A stretch of DNA of 64,000 bases from Piedraia hortae CBS 480.64 (GCA_010093745.1 MU005965.1:186001-250000); one strand, 5' to 3'. Shown: positions 13,659 through 25,299, numbered from the stretch's first letter. Made by a program: numbers and translations. Notes: a model not told the origin generated them from the sequence alone.

Positions 13659-16048
13659 CTACCCATACCGCGGCGTATACGCCGGCGGCGGGACATGGGG
13701 TATGGGCTCATGATTCCCCGTCCCACTTCCCTGCTGATTGTACATATTCTGCTGCGGGTTATTCCACCCCGACCAACCCCCCGGCGGAGGTTGTGCCATC
13801 TCACCCCCATTTTTAATCGCCTTCTTCTGCATTCTCCTCCGCGCAAACGCACGGCGAATACATCCAAAGATGAAGAAGAGGATAATAACCCCCACCGCGA
13901 CGCAGATCCCAATGACGAGGTTCCTGTGGTTGCCGATCCAGCTTTTCACTTGGCCGCCGATGCTGTCGCCTTTGCATTGGCCCTGAATGGTGGATTAGTA
14001 AGGATGGGGGAGGGGATGGGAGAGGGAGAGCTTACATTGTTGCAGAATCCGTCACCACCGCATCTTGTGCCGTCGAGGAAGTTCTGATTGAGGCCGTAGC
14101 AGACGTTGGGCCCAAATTCGGGACTCGCACAGCTGAGGGTGCAGCCTGCTCGGTCGCAGGCATAGGTATCGTTGCCGGACATGTAGGAGCCCATGACGGT
14201 TTTGCATTGCTGGTCGCGGCTTGTGCATTGCCCGCTAGCGCATTGGAGGTTTTTGCCGCATGATTGGCCGTCGGGGGCGGTTTTGTCGGCGGGGCAGGTG
14301 GGTGATGTTCCCGTGCAGGTTTCTTCGGGATCGCAGGGCCCGTTGGAGGTGCGGCAAACTGTGCCGTTGCTGGCGAATTGGCAATTGTGACAACAGTCTT
14401 CGTTTGCGTCGTCGCAGACTGCTCCGCTTTTGAATTTGCAGGTTTTGCCGTCGCAGCAAGGATTGTTGCCGCAGCCTTCTTCGCCGCCACAGTCACATTC
14501 TTCGCCGTCTTCGACGATGCCGTTGCCGCATTGCTGGCCAGAAATGGTGGTGACTTGTTTGTTGGCGACGAGGCACGCGCTGTTGACGCTGTTTCGTCCC
14601 AAGGCAGAGCAGATGTTGCCTATGCTGCAGGGACTGAATCTGGTGATGCCTTGACTGCCGGACGGGTTCATTATGTATTCCGTGTTGGTGTTACATGAAG
14701 AGCCTGAGAAAGGGCAACATTGCTGCGATTTGACTGTGTTGGCGTCGGCGCACGTCTGATCAGTGCAGTCGTGTACGGCACCAAATGTGTGGCCCGTCTC
14801 GTGAGCGATGACTTGCCATTCGTTTGCGCCCCTCGTGCGGACTACAATGTTAGCGCCGCTAACCGTGTCCTGTCCCGAGCCAATGCTCGAGTTGACCTGA
14901 GAAGCGGCACCAACACAGGCCTGGCCAAGCCAAGCCAATCCGACTTCAGACCCCGTGTTACAGGTGCTCAAAAGGGTCCAGTGGGAGTTCGTATCGTTCA
15001 GCGTGCTGCGCCAGGCAGAGAAGTGGTTCAACCGTGCTTGCAGGTCAACCGAGTCGGAACAAGCCTGATTCCACATGGTCGCCTGAGCTGGAGTGCCTGG
15101 ACAGGTGGCATCAGACACTGTCAGATTCCGCAGACCCAGGGAGATGTTGAATGTGCCTTCGTAAATGGCACTGGCTGCATTGATCTGGGAAATTACATTG
15201 GCGCGAACAGCCTCGGTGGAGTTGAAGCTGCCGGTATAAGTGCAATCGGTAGCAACCCCGACCAGCGCAACGCGTCTAGTGCTGGGACAGCCAGCGGTGC
15301 TCCCGATGCTCGATACCAAGTTGACGCCGCCCGAGTTGCCGCCCGTGGTGGTATCCAACTGACGCTTGGTCAGGCCAAACAGACTTCCAAGGTCCATTGA
15401 GCCAAGGTTGCGCTTCCTCAAGGTGGTATATACTGGATGATTCGGATCTACATTGAACGCTAGCCGGTCTGAAGAACAAGATAGATCTGGGGTAGACCGG
15501 CGTATGGCCTGGCGTTGAATGTCCGAATCCCGCCAGGCCACCAGTGCAGAGCCTTCGGTGGCAGGATCAAGCACATGTTTTGTACGAGCGTAGTTCTCTG
15601 CCGTCTGAATGTGATAGTGGTCGCCGTAAAAAGAGAATGCGCCTTCAAAGAGCGGATCAACGCCATCTCGATCGACCGTAATGCGGGACCAGCCCACATT
15701 CTGCCATTCATCTCGAAGCCATACCCAGGCATCGCCCCGGAAGACCTTGTGCTGTAGGCGATCCACCTGGTCTCTTTGCTTTATGCTTCCATCCGGCGCC
15801 AAGTACGTAATCGAAAGCCCTTCGCTCGGTAACACGTCGTGATTGGGCTTCAGCGTGAGTTTTACGTCGACATCTCTGAGGCCAAATGTGAGATCGAATT
15901 CGCATACTGCAGTAAGACGGTGATTTGGGGTATTTATCGTGGCATTCTGGACTGTGGCCACTGAAGATATTGGGTTTCGGACTCTAGAGTTGGCCTGGGC
16001 CAGCGAGAGGACGCTCGCAAAAAACAAGAAAAGGCGCATGATGCGCAA
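13659..16048 (-). CDS. ADAM family (disintegrin and metalloprotease) type I membrane protease (exons 16048-14036, 13982-13659)
   Basis: Signal peptide, prodomain, HETGHTFGAVHD zinc motif with Met-turn (YIMNP), disintegrin CGNGIVEDGEECDCG and Cys-rich region. A 53-nt intron (14035-13983, GTAAGC...CTAAT...CAG) joins GQCKG to the TM helix LVIGICVAVGVIILFFIFGCI and a PPPAY tail. Confidence 0.95.
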
Positions 16049-16449
16049 GAGGCTCTATCCACATGCGCTTCTTCACAATACAATACCTGGTATCTGGCGC
16101 CGAGCAGGAGGTTTCTCAAGGTCGTGGCGACATGTTTGATGGATGTTGGACGGGTCGGCGCGGCGCGATGCGGGGTCTGTGGCAACGCCCGCGCCTCATG
16201 CATGACGCGGCCTTCGACGCACCGACGTACCCAACGTACCGCCATTGATTGGTAATTCGCCGCTGCTGTTGCGGCCCATTGGTTGGCGATTCGTAATATC
16301 TGGCAATTTGTTGGCCATTGGATTCGCCAATTGTTAGCAGTTGTCACATCTTCGCCAGTACTTCAGATGACTCCTCTTACATCAAAACGACAAACTAATT
16401 ATAAACCACCAACTTCTCCTCTATTCCCATTCGTAGACTGTTGAAGTAC

Positions 16450-16895
16450 CTAAGCCTTCTCTTTACGAGACGTAGATGGCCGAGAGTTGGTGGCGGATCC
16501 TCTTGTGGAGGCTGTGGTCGTTTTAGGAATGCCCCGGGGTGTGCCTGGCCGGTACCCGGATACTTGAGCCAGCCGCCGCTCGGTTTCGCGTAGCCTCGCT
16601 TCGAGGTCCTGCAGCTCACGATCGGCCGTGTTTAAGACCTGTTTTCTACTCCGCGTCAACCAACGTCTTTATTAATTTGTAGCCAGCATCAGGACAACAC
16701 GCACTTGAGCTGTACTGTCTCGGCTAGGCGTCCCAGAGTGCCAGGGCTCTGGAGCCCGAACATGGAGTCCAAATCATCGGAAAAGTTCTGTACTACCGTC
16801 CTGTGACTGTCAGTTGCGGCCGTTGGAACTGGTGCTCAGGGGCTAGCTTACGACTGGGCGCGGGCATGGGCGCTCGTTGTATGCTTTGCAGTCAT
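16450..16895 (-). CDS. Small coiled-coil protein, 111 aa, 3 exons (16895-16852, 16800-16705, 16645-16450)
   Basis: Introns of 51 nt (GTAAGC...CTGAC...CAG) and 59 nt (GTGCGT...TTGAC...TAG) give a continuous frame MTAKHTTSAHARAQSTVVQNFSDDLDSMFGL...VQLKKQVLNTADRELQDLEARLRETERRLAQVS. Only the last exon appears in the ORF track. Confidence 0.8.
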
Positions 16896-17249
16896 GACCC
16901 CTGAAGAAAGATCTCAATTGCAGTTGGGTAAGGAAGAGAGCAAGGATGAAATGCCGAAAGTTTTTGAGGCTACCGGCTTTCAGGGCTTTTGATACCCTCT
17001 TAGATCGCAGACGATGAAGCCAGGAACCAAACTGTTGGGTAGCAAAGTGGAGAGGTGTGGAACCCAAGGTGCATCTACGGTAAGATTTCAGTTTCAGTTT
17101 GATGAGGACGATTGGAAAATAGCGAGGAACTAGTTGAAAACGTCCGACGCTTATCCTGCAACGTGCTCGCCCGCAATTTTAACGCACATGCGGCGACCGT
17201 TTGGCGAATTCTCAGGGTCCCAGGCCCGTCTTTGGAATACCACTCACAT

Positions 17250-18300
17250 CATTTAACTCACAAAAGGGATGAAGCTCGCTTGAACTCGGAATCAATAGCT
17301 AGGGGGAAAAGTGGGGGGAATGCACTTTCCGACGCAAGAGAGATTGGCCGCGTGATCGAAGTGTTATGGCTAGAATGGTTGTCCATGTACACATCAAAGG
17401 TCCCTGAATGCAATCGAGACCCTGGATGTACAAGCTCCAACTTCCCCACAAGTTGCCCCAGTATGCGTGCACCAATCACTCGTCAGCAATTTCAATCCAC
17501 CAAAGGTTGCTTTGCTTCCCATCAGGCAAAACTGTCTACTTCTTGGTCAAAAATCGGACAGTTCATCTTTTCACAGTGTATGCAAGCAAGAAAGCATGGC
17601 TTGGCTGGCAGTCTGCTTCTGTCGACTTTCTTGCATGGCTTTCCCTTTGCAGCTTCCTTGCACGTCTTGACTAGTTCGTACTTTGCAATCGTGTCGCGGC
17701 ACACGCAGCACCAGCAGCCTTGATATAGGCACATTTCTTTACCGCGTTGTTGCCTGTTCGTTCAGCAGTTGTATTTCTGATGAGATACTATCTTATCAAG
17801 TGGGCGATTAGCGGCTTAGTCGTCGTAGAAGGCCAGGTAAGGCTTCTTCATGTCTTTGACCGCCTCTTCGGCTTGGATAGGTGAAAGGAAAATGCTTTGC
17901 CGTCCAAACGCTTCCTTAAGTTGGCTATGGTATTACCATGTGTTCCCATGATGGCAAGTGTTTCGTCGAGAACAAAAGGGGCACGACAATGCAGTGTTCT
18001 CCATACTATTGACATGGTATGGTGCAGCTGCTGGTGTAATCAAGCAAAGAGCTACACAAAATTATTTGATTTTACTGGCATTGTACACAGACGTTGAGCT
18101 GTGTGAAGGTTGCAGTCATTGGAAAAAGGATGTGATACCTATGAAGTAGAAGCTGCTCCGTATTCCGCGCAGGATGGTGGGGTGGGTAATGTCTGTCCAG
18201 TTCTTGGCGGCGACCAACCCCCAGACTCACATTGACGAGTGTAGTCATACCATTGCCCTTTCCGTGCCCAATGAACAGATTACTAACAGCATAACCAAGG
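17250..18300 (-). mobile_element. Possible scrambled DNA-transposon debris (piggyBac-like)
   Basis: FDVYMDN motif and a Cys-rich segment (CWCCVC...CFLACIHC). The order of pieces is not that of an intact element. Confidence 0.3.
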
Positions 18301-18447
18301 CGAAGATGTAGGCAGGAAGATGATTGTGTGATGGTCAGCTGGTCACGTGCCAAGGATTTGGCTCTGCCACAAACGAGTTGACAGATCTGGGACAGTAATA
18401 ATAGCCCGGGTGGGCCGGGTTGATATCGCATTGAAATCAACATAATC

Positions 18448-21360
18448 ATGGCGATGGCGCATACCGAACTGGAAACGCTGCTACTGTTCCAGGCGCTCCG
18501 CCACAACGGCGCGGCGCCCGATGCCGCCTTCTTCCCGCGCGTCGCCGACCAACTGCAGCGCCTTCCACCCATTCGCGAAGATCCAAAATTCGATGCCCAG
18601 CGACTCACTCCCGATGCGCTTCAGTCGCTTTACGTCAGGCTGGTGCAGGAGGAGATCAAGAAGACCAACAACGGCAATGGCCTTGGACAGTCGCCCCTGA
18701 GAAAGGCGTCCGGGTCCTCTCAGGCGGCCATTGCCGAAGTGGCGAAGTACTATGACTTGATCCCGCAGATGACCTTGCGCTTCTACTGGGTCTATCGCGA
18801 GTTGGTCATCAAGGAGGTCCACGAACTGGAAGAGAAAGCGGGGGAGGAGCGGAAAATCATGGAGGAACGAGGAAAGGAAAATGCAATGGAGCGCAAGAGA
18901 GAGCAGGAAATGAAGAGAAGACTGGACGAGGAGAAGGCAAAGGCAGAGGAGAGAGCGAGGGCAGAAGCCAAGGCTAGAGCGGAGGCGGAGCAAAAAGCTA
19001 GGGAGGAAGAGGCTAGGGGGGAAGAGGCTAGGAGGGAAGAAGCTAAGAAGGAAGCGGTCAGACTTGCACAAGAGGCCAAAGAAAAGGAACGGGCCAGACT
19101 GGAAGCTGAAGCCGCAGAGGTCGCCGCCCAGCAAGAAGCCTTAGCGCGGGCAAAGGCAGAGGTCGAGGCCAGAGAGAGAGTAAGGGTGGAGGTGGAGAAG
19201 AAGGAAGCGGCGGAGAGGCACAAAGAAGTGGAAAAAATCAGGGAGAGGCAGAAATCGCAGAGCCAAGAGCCCAGAGCGTCTCCTGTCAAGACACCAATGA
19301 CCGTGGCAGCCACAGAAGCCCCCCGCAGACCATTTACCCAGGCCAGAATTGACGCTGTCATTAATCATGAGGACGAACCTCCGCGTCGGTCGTCATTGAA
19401 CACGACATTGCCCCCAATGATGTCTCCATCTCCAGTGAATCTCCCGCCCAGGACACAACCATTTGCGTCACAACACCAAGCATATCCTACCTCGCGGCCC
19501 ATCCTGCCTCCCCTGGTAGGAAGACCACTGCCAATGTCTCAGAACATGGCCTCCCCCAGCCAGACGGGCAAATCTTCGCAGCAATACGCGCCCTACGGGA
19601 GCCCAACAGACTCGCGGGCTTTCAATATGCCGTCAATGAACCCTTTCTCGACTCCACAGCAAATACAAGACCGCCGATCTTCTTTCTCGAAGGCTGTGAC
19701 TCCACATGCAACATATCAGTGGCAGCCCCCGTTGGGCGAGTCCAACTGGCGACAGCCAACGCAACCGCAGGTGGCGGAGCCTCCAAATACTGACCCACCC
19801 AAGAGACAGATGCCGTATGTGCCTGTAGCTGATCCGCGTCTTGTGTCCAGGATCATTGCTGCCCTGGCCACTCCAGTGAGATCACTTCCAAAATCGCTGG
19901 AGACTCCGCCTGCCTTGCCTGAGCCGATGCAGCCTGAAATTGAGCCTTTGAGTCCGATCGGCGCTCGTGAAGCCCCTAGGCAACAGCCAGCAATTAAACC
20001 TAGGGCCCTTCCAGCGGGGCAGTCGACACCCAAAAGAGACGTTGCGTCAAAGGCACAGTCTATGTCAAAGGTACAGACCACGTTAGAGGCCCAGCCCGCT
20101 CCGGTAAGCCAGCCCAAGGCGCAAGAGCAGCCTCAACAGAAAGAAATACCGGCTCGACCAGTGCAGCCGACTCCAAAAGAGCAGCCTGCAGCAAAAAAAC
20201 AATGCACAACAAAAACGCGGTCTGCTGCAAAGGAGCAGGCTGAATCGAAAGAGCAGGCCGACGCGGATGAAGCCACATCCAAGGTACAGATCTCTTCGGG
20301 TGTACAGACCACACCCGATACACAGGCTGCATCCGAAGTACAGGCTGAGTCAGAAGAACAAGCCACTCCAGAAGACCAGCCTACATCAGAAGAGCCCGTC
20401 CTATCCACAGAACTGGCCAAGTCAAAAGGACCCGTACCGTCTAAAGAACAGGCTGCTCCCAAAGAAGCTGACAAGAAAAAGGCGAGTTCCAAGGAGCCAG
20501 CCACTCCAAACGAGCAGGCTGCGTCAAAGGAGCAACCAGTGACCAAAGAGCTGCCAATGACGAGGACTAGAGCTGCACAACTGGCAGCCGAGAAACCACC
20601 AGCCTTAAGCGAACTAACGACACCAACAGAGGATGCCACACCAAGAGGTCGACGCACTCGACAGTCTGAGAGCGAAAAAGCCAGGAAGCGGAGCCCGTCG
20701 AACTCCACTCACGAAGAAGAAGCTTCACCTAAGCGTCGTAATACGGGTAAGCAGCCGTCGAGCCGGAAGCATGACAAATCGCCCAGCAGGGCACGTATCA
20801 CACGCGCCACCGCAGGGGCAGCTGGTGCGGCATCGAGTCCTGCAGCAGTAGCAACACCTCCATTCGCTGCGGCTACAACTCCTACAGCCGCAGCTCCTAC
20901 CATAACTGCAACCCGCAACTTCCATAAAGTCACGGCAGCCATCATGAACGACATCTCCAGCCACAAACACGCCTCATATTTTGCGGGCCCTGTCAGAGAC
21001 AAAGACGCCAGCGGCTACAGTGAGATTGTCAAGCAGCCACAGCACCTCAAGTCGATCCGGGTTGCTATAACAGCGGGCTCACGCACTGTAGCCGCTACAG
21101 CTACATCAACGTCTCCCAAGTCCGTAAACACAAGGTACGAAGGGGCCACAACAACCACAGTTGACTTGCCGCGCACAGAGGACCTACTGCCACCCAAAGC
21201 AATCGTCAACAGTACGCAGCTGGAAAAGGAAGTCTACCGCATGTTTGCTAATGCTGTCATGTTTAACCCGGGCGATGACGGCATGGTGGCCAAGGCGAGG
21301 GAGATGTTTGATGACGTTGAGGCCAAGTTTAAGGAGTGGAGAGGAGCAGGGAGCGGTTAG
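18448..21360 (+). CDS. C-terminal bromodomain protein, BRD8/Bdc1-like (putative NuA4-associated)
   Basis: 970-aa ORF with N-terminal ETLLLFQAL motif, E/A/K/R coiled coil and low-complexity middle. The bromodomain HKHASYFAGPVRDKDASGYSEIVKQPQHLKSI...LEKEVYRMFANAVMFN is split by an insertion. Confidence 0.85.
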   Translation: MAMAHTELETLLLFQALRHNGAAPDAAFFPRVADQLQRLPPIREDPKFDAQRLTPDALQSLYVRLVQEEIKKTNNGNGLGQSPLRKASGSSQAAIAEVAKYYDLIPQMTLRFYWVYRELVIKEVHELEEKAGEERKIMEERGKENAMERKREQEMKRRLDEEKAKAEERARAEAKARAEAEQKAREEEARGEEARREEAKKEAVRLAQEAKEKERARLEAEAAEVAAQQEALARAKAEVEARERVRVEVEKKEAAERHKEVEKIRERQKSQSQEPRASPVKTPMTVAATEAPRRPFTQARIDAVINHEDEPPRRSSLNTTLPPMMSPSPVNLPPRTQPFASQHQAYPTSRPILPPLVGRPLPMSQNMASPSQTGKSSQQYAPYGSPTDSRAFNMPSMNPFSTPQQIQDRRSSFSKAVTPHATYQWQPPLGESNWRQPTQPQVAEPPNTDPPKRQMPYVPVADPRLVSRIIAALATPVRSLPKSLETPPALPEPMQPEIEPLSPIGAREAPRQQPAIKPRALPAGQSTPKRDVASKAQSMSKVQTTLEAQPAPVSQPKAQEQPQQKEIPARPVQPTPKEQPAAKKQCTTKTRSAAKEQAESKEQADADEATSKVQISSGVQTTPDTQAASEVQAESEEQATPEDQPTSEEPVLSTELAKSKGPVPSKEQAAPKEADKKKASSKEPATPNEQAASKEQPVTKELPMTRTRAAQLAAEKPPALSELTTPTEDATPRGRRTRQSESEKARKRSPSNSTHEEEASPKRRNTGKQPSSRKHDKSPSRARITRATAGAAGAASSPAAVATPPFAAATTPTAAAPTITATRNFHKVTAAIMNDISSHKHASYFAGPVRDKDASGYSEIVKQPQHLKSIRVAITAGSRTVAATATSTSPKSVNTRYEGATTTTVDLPRTEDLLPPKAIVNSTQLEKEVYRMFANAVMFNPGDDGMVAKAREMFDDVEAKFKEWRGAGSG

Positions 21361-21559
21361 TAGCTGCATAAGCTGTTCATGTCGTCATGATTATGAAGCT
21401 TCTTGATAGGTATTCTGTTGCCCATTGCTTAAGAGAGATTAGTGACTTTACAGCTGTATGTATTCCAGTAATATCGTCTCTCGTCATGCCGTATTTACGA
21501 GGGCGGTTTTGTCATTATTGTGGAAGCTCATTAATACCTGGTCTCCTATTAGGCAATAT

Positions 21560-22510
21560 TTACAGGTTGGTTAGGTAATCCTCAATCTCCTGCGGCGAGA
21601 GTTTGCGAAACCGTGGCCCTACGGCGCCCGCCACACCCTCGTAGCCCAGCAGGTGGTCAGCCGGAGGGCCGACGATACCAATCTCCACCGTATCTCCATT
21701 CATCTCGCCCTCAATCGTCTCTTTGAGTGTCAGCAGCGCAATGTGCACCGCATCTTCCAGCTCCAATCCTTCCGTATATCGCTTCTCCAGGAAAGTCTTG
21801 GCGCTCGTTGCCGATTTTCCAATCGCAGTCGCTTTCCAAGGAAAGTACGAGCCCGACGGGTCAACCTGATAGAGTGATGGGCCACCTTTGTGCACGCCTC
21901 CAACGCGCTTCTTTTGCTTCTTCTGATCCTCCTCATCCTCGTCCTCCATCTCCACGTCACCATCCTTTCCTGCTGAGTCCATCTCTGGCTCTATTCCGTC
22001 ATCCCACCCCGCGATCAGGAGACTGACACCGTACGGCCGCACGCCTCCCGACTGCGTCGCCTCCTGCATCACCTTGGCCACATCCTGCACCAGTATGCGC
22101 GTGGGCGGATACTCGTTGTATATCCTCTTGTAAGCCGTGTGGCTGACCTTGCGCGCCTTATCGACGAGCACGCGGTAGTCGGGCCCCATGCCCGAGTAGA
22201 TCATACCGATGTTGGGTGTAATGAGGGACACTTTGGACGACGATGCCGCATCGATCAGCGGCGTGCTGGACTTTTTCTCCGTCGCGAGCACAATCCCATT
22301 GGCCGCCTTGATCCCAAGCGCCGTGACGCCCTGGTTGACTGCATTAAGCGCGTATTCTGTTTCCGTGAGCTGTGCCAACCTGAGTGTCTCGTCTTGGTCC
22401 TACCAATTTGGACTAGCTTGCCGCTGTCAATGTTAGAGGTGGTTTAACAAAGTGCAGATTGCTTACCTAGGAGAAAATGTGGTCAGGGAGAACGAGTAGC
22501 GATCTGCCAT
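21560..22510 (-). CDS. PRE8: 20S proteasome subunit alpha-2 (exons 22510-22467, 22423-22404, 22356-21560)
   Basis: Splicing 43-nt and 47-nt introns gives [28 protein letters not shown], then [17 protein letters not shown] and [19 protein letters not shown]. Total 861 nt, in frame. Confidence 0.97.
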
Positions 22511-22660
22511 GGTTGCTAGCCTGGAAGTTCGGTGATGTGAGGTCTGAGACGTCACGCCGGCGGAATGTTTTTCCGTGTGTCACCCGTTAACCCGCTTACC
22601 AGACTTCACCCCACTCCCTAACTTTTCATCATCTTTTAACATCTGTCCCTTTTAATCATC

Positions 22661-23356
22661 ATGGAAGAGCCACGAACGTGCCGCATCTGTCTTGATACGA
22701 CTGACGAAAACGATCAAGGTAGTAGTCGTTTGATCCGTCCCTGTCGGTGTAAAGGCAGCCAGAGGTATGTTCATGAAGCATGTCTCAATGCCTGGCGAAG
22801 ACAAGACCCACTAAACGACCGAAATTACTGGCAGTGCCCAACGTGTGGCTACCGCTATCGTCTACAACGTCTGACATGGGCAGCCTGGATCAGTAGTACT
22901 ACCTCACAGGTGCTTTTGACTTTACTCATCTTCCTGGGCGCCATGTTTGTGCTCGGATTTATTGCTGATCCTATCCTGAATTTCTACTTTGACCCTTATG
23001 ATACCATTGCCACAGGTGGTGGACCCAGGGGCAGTTTGATCTACGACGACGAGGACGCCTCTTGGGCCGAGCACTTTCTAAAAGGCTGTGCCTCCCTCGG
23101 CTTGCTGGGGTTTGCAAAGTTTTTGCTTACTCTATCGCCATGGAATATGCTCAATATGCGTGGCACAACGATTGTTGGAGGAGGTCGCCGTGGTTTGGGT
23201 CTCTCTGGCCGTGATCGTTTACAAAGCATCAGCTGGATTACCGTTGCCATTGGCATTGTTACCTTTCTCTTGGCTGTCTGGAAAGGTGTCCGGGCCTGGA
23301 GCCGACGTACCCTTGAACAAGCAAGTGAACGTGTGATGGACGTTCCAGATGATTGA
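22661..23356 (+). CDS. RING-CH (RINGv, MARCH-like) membrane E3 ubiquitin ligase
   Basis: CRIC...LIRPCRCKGSQRYVHEACL..W...CPTC (C4HC3) followed by about three hydrophobic segments. Confidence 0.9.
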   Translation: MEEPRTCRICLDTTDENDQGSSRLIRPCRCKGSQRYVHEACLNAWRRQDPLNDRNYWQCPTCGYRYRLQRLTWAAWISSTTSQVLLTLLIFLGAMFVLGFIADPILNFYFDPYDTIATGGGPRGSLIYDDEDASWAEHFLKGCASLGLLGFAKFLLTLSPWNMLNMRGTTIVGGGRRGLGLSGRDRLQSISWITVAIGIVTFLLAVWKGVRAWSRRTLEQASERVMDVPDD

Positions 23357-23741
23357 AGTCTCTCGTGTCCAAGTCTGCCTCATCGCATCTCTTTGAGTTG
23401 GCACGCCTGCAACCCCTTTTCAGGATCCGGTGGCGTGTTGATCAGTCATTTTGCGAAGATTAACTATGAGCTCTCTGGCCCCTTCAGAGCGTCTTGTTCT
23501 GGACAGGTTTCGGAGGCTCAATAGGCCGTGATAGGTACTCCGCTCGCTCTGGATTAGTGGGCGAGTGAATTGATCAAGATCATGGCACACCAATCGCATT
23601 ACAAAGCTAGTAGATTTCAAATAAAACCATTGCCCTCACTATGAGACTTTTTCTCTCTTTCATGTACCTTCATGTAGCAACCCCACCCGTTACTCCATCA
23701 AAACTCTCCCCCACAAACACCACCCAAAAAAATACCCAAAC

Positions 23742-24371
23742 ATGACCCACCACCGTCTGATAGTCCTCATATCCGGAAGCGGCACGAACCTCCAAGCCCT
23801 CATCGACGCCTCCAATACCCCCTCCCTCCCCAACACGCATATCATCCGCGTAATCTCCGACCGCAAAGCCGCCTACGGCCTCACTCGAGCGCAAAACGCC
23901 TCCATCCCAACAACCTACCACGGCTTCCCCCCCTACCGCACAACCCACCCTTCCGACCCGAAAGCCGCGTACGATGCAGACCTCGCCTTACTCGTTCTAT
24001 CCGAGTCCCCCGACCTAGTCGTTTGCGCGGGATTTATGCGGATTCTAACACCCTCGTTCCTGGACCCGTTACGGGAGCGTGGTGTCGATATCATTAACCT
24101 CCATCCGAGTTTACATGGCGATTTGGTTGGGAAGGATTGTATTCAGCGAGCGTGGGAGGAGTATCTCCGAGGGGAGAGGACCATGACGGGAGTTATGGTG
24201 CATTTTGTTATTAGGGAGGTGGATGAGGGGGAGTGTATTGCGCAGGAGGAGGTTGACATTCGAGGGTGTAGGACGTTGGGACAGTTGGAGAAGAGGATGA
24301 GAGGGGTTGAACATGGGGTTATTGTTCGGGGGACGAGAAGGGTGTTTGAGAGGAGGGAGGGAGGGGGATAG
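23742..24371 (+). CDS. ADE8: Phosphoribosylglycinamide formyltransferase
   Basis: VLISGSGTNLQALID, DLVVCAGFMRIL, INLHPSL and TGVMVHFVIREVDEG motifs. Confidence 0.95.
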   Translation: MTHHRLIVLISGSGTNLQALIDASNTPSLPNTHIIRVISDRKAAYGLTRAQNASIPTTYHGFPPYRTTHPSDPKAAYDADLALLVLSESPDLVVCAGFMRILTPSFLDPLRERGVDIINLHPSLHGDLVGKDCIQRAWEEYLRGERTMTGVMVHFVIREVDEGECIAQEEVDIRGCRTLGQLEKRMRGVEHGVIVRGTRRVFERREGGG

Positions 24372-24699
24372 AGGGAGGGTAGAGGGTTTTGCGATAGATG
24401 GGTAGATGGCGCAATGGGTTGAATGAATGGGTGGGTTGGTTGGGTTGATAGGCCCAGTGAAGATGTTGTGAGGTGGGATAAATGTATAAATGTGTTGTGT
24501 GCGAATCAATCGTACCTAAGGTCAAAAACGCGCTGTACCCGTTGAAAACGCAGTGGCGGTATGCAAGCGATGTACTCGGCGGATCTTTTATACCAGGATC
24601 AAAAATACCCTATCTGGTGAAAAACGCTATCGTGGTATACAAGCATTGTAATTATGGTAAAGAGAGTTGTACACTGCCACCTAAACAAGTGTAACTTAG

Positions 24700-24995
24700 C
24701 TTGATAGACCGAATCTCGGCTCGAACGAGCCGTGACTACCTTAAACCGGGCTAACTGGCTCGAGCGCGTGGTGCAACTGCGCGCCGTCCAACGCCCATTA
24801 GGTCCGGGCATGAGCTCATTTAGGAGCTATGACCCATCCATAGACGTAAAATGAAAAACAAAACAACAAACAAACAAGTAACTGGCTCGATCGGGCCTGT
24901 AGCGCCGGTCGAGCCGTGTACCGGGCAGGTTTAAGCCGGCATCGAGCCCACTCGAACTTTGTACCGAGCTGATTCGAGCCGTCATGCACCATGAA
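24700..24995. repeat. Cluster of GGCTCGA/TCGAGCC motifs, probably a DNA-transposon subterminal region
   Basis: At least six copies in both orientations, interrupted by the 115-bp insertion and adjacent to a hAT relic. Confidence 0.5.
24764..24878 (+). mobile_element. 115-bp SINE-like or 5'-truncated LINE insertion with a 12-bp target-site duplication
   Basis: TAACTGGCTCGA occurs at 24752-24763 and 24879-24890. The insert ends GACGTAAAATGAAAAACAAAACAACAAACAAACAAG. Confidence 0.8.
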
Positions 24996-25299
24996 GCTGT
25001 AGCATTGCTTAATACCGTGCTCAAGCTCCAACTTCTCATAGCTCTTCCAATTATAAAATTTGACGCATCAACTATATAATATCGGATGCTGCAGTGTTTT
25101 CACGTGCAATTAACCCGAGCGCGCACGCAGTGGATGTAATATTGGATAAAGTCGTAACTAAAGTGAAGATATGTAACTCTATTCAGACCCCCCCACCGCA
25201 CCAAAAGTGCACAAATACAAATTTTTACATCACCTTTCATTTCGGCAGTTGCGCGCGTTTGTCAAGCAACTGAGGCTGATCGGACCATGAGAGTTCTTC

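Noticed and set aside
21880..22010. Acidic/basic insertion in proteasome alpha-2
   Set aside because: To my knowledge similar insertions are usual in Pezizomycotina alpha-2 subunits, and there are no splice signals suggesting an intron.
24700..24995. CRISPR-like or tRNA-like repeat array
   Set aside because: The repeats are 7-8 bp, irregularly spaced and in both orientations, in a eukaryotic context. No tRNA or rRNA was recognised anywhere in the window.
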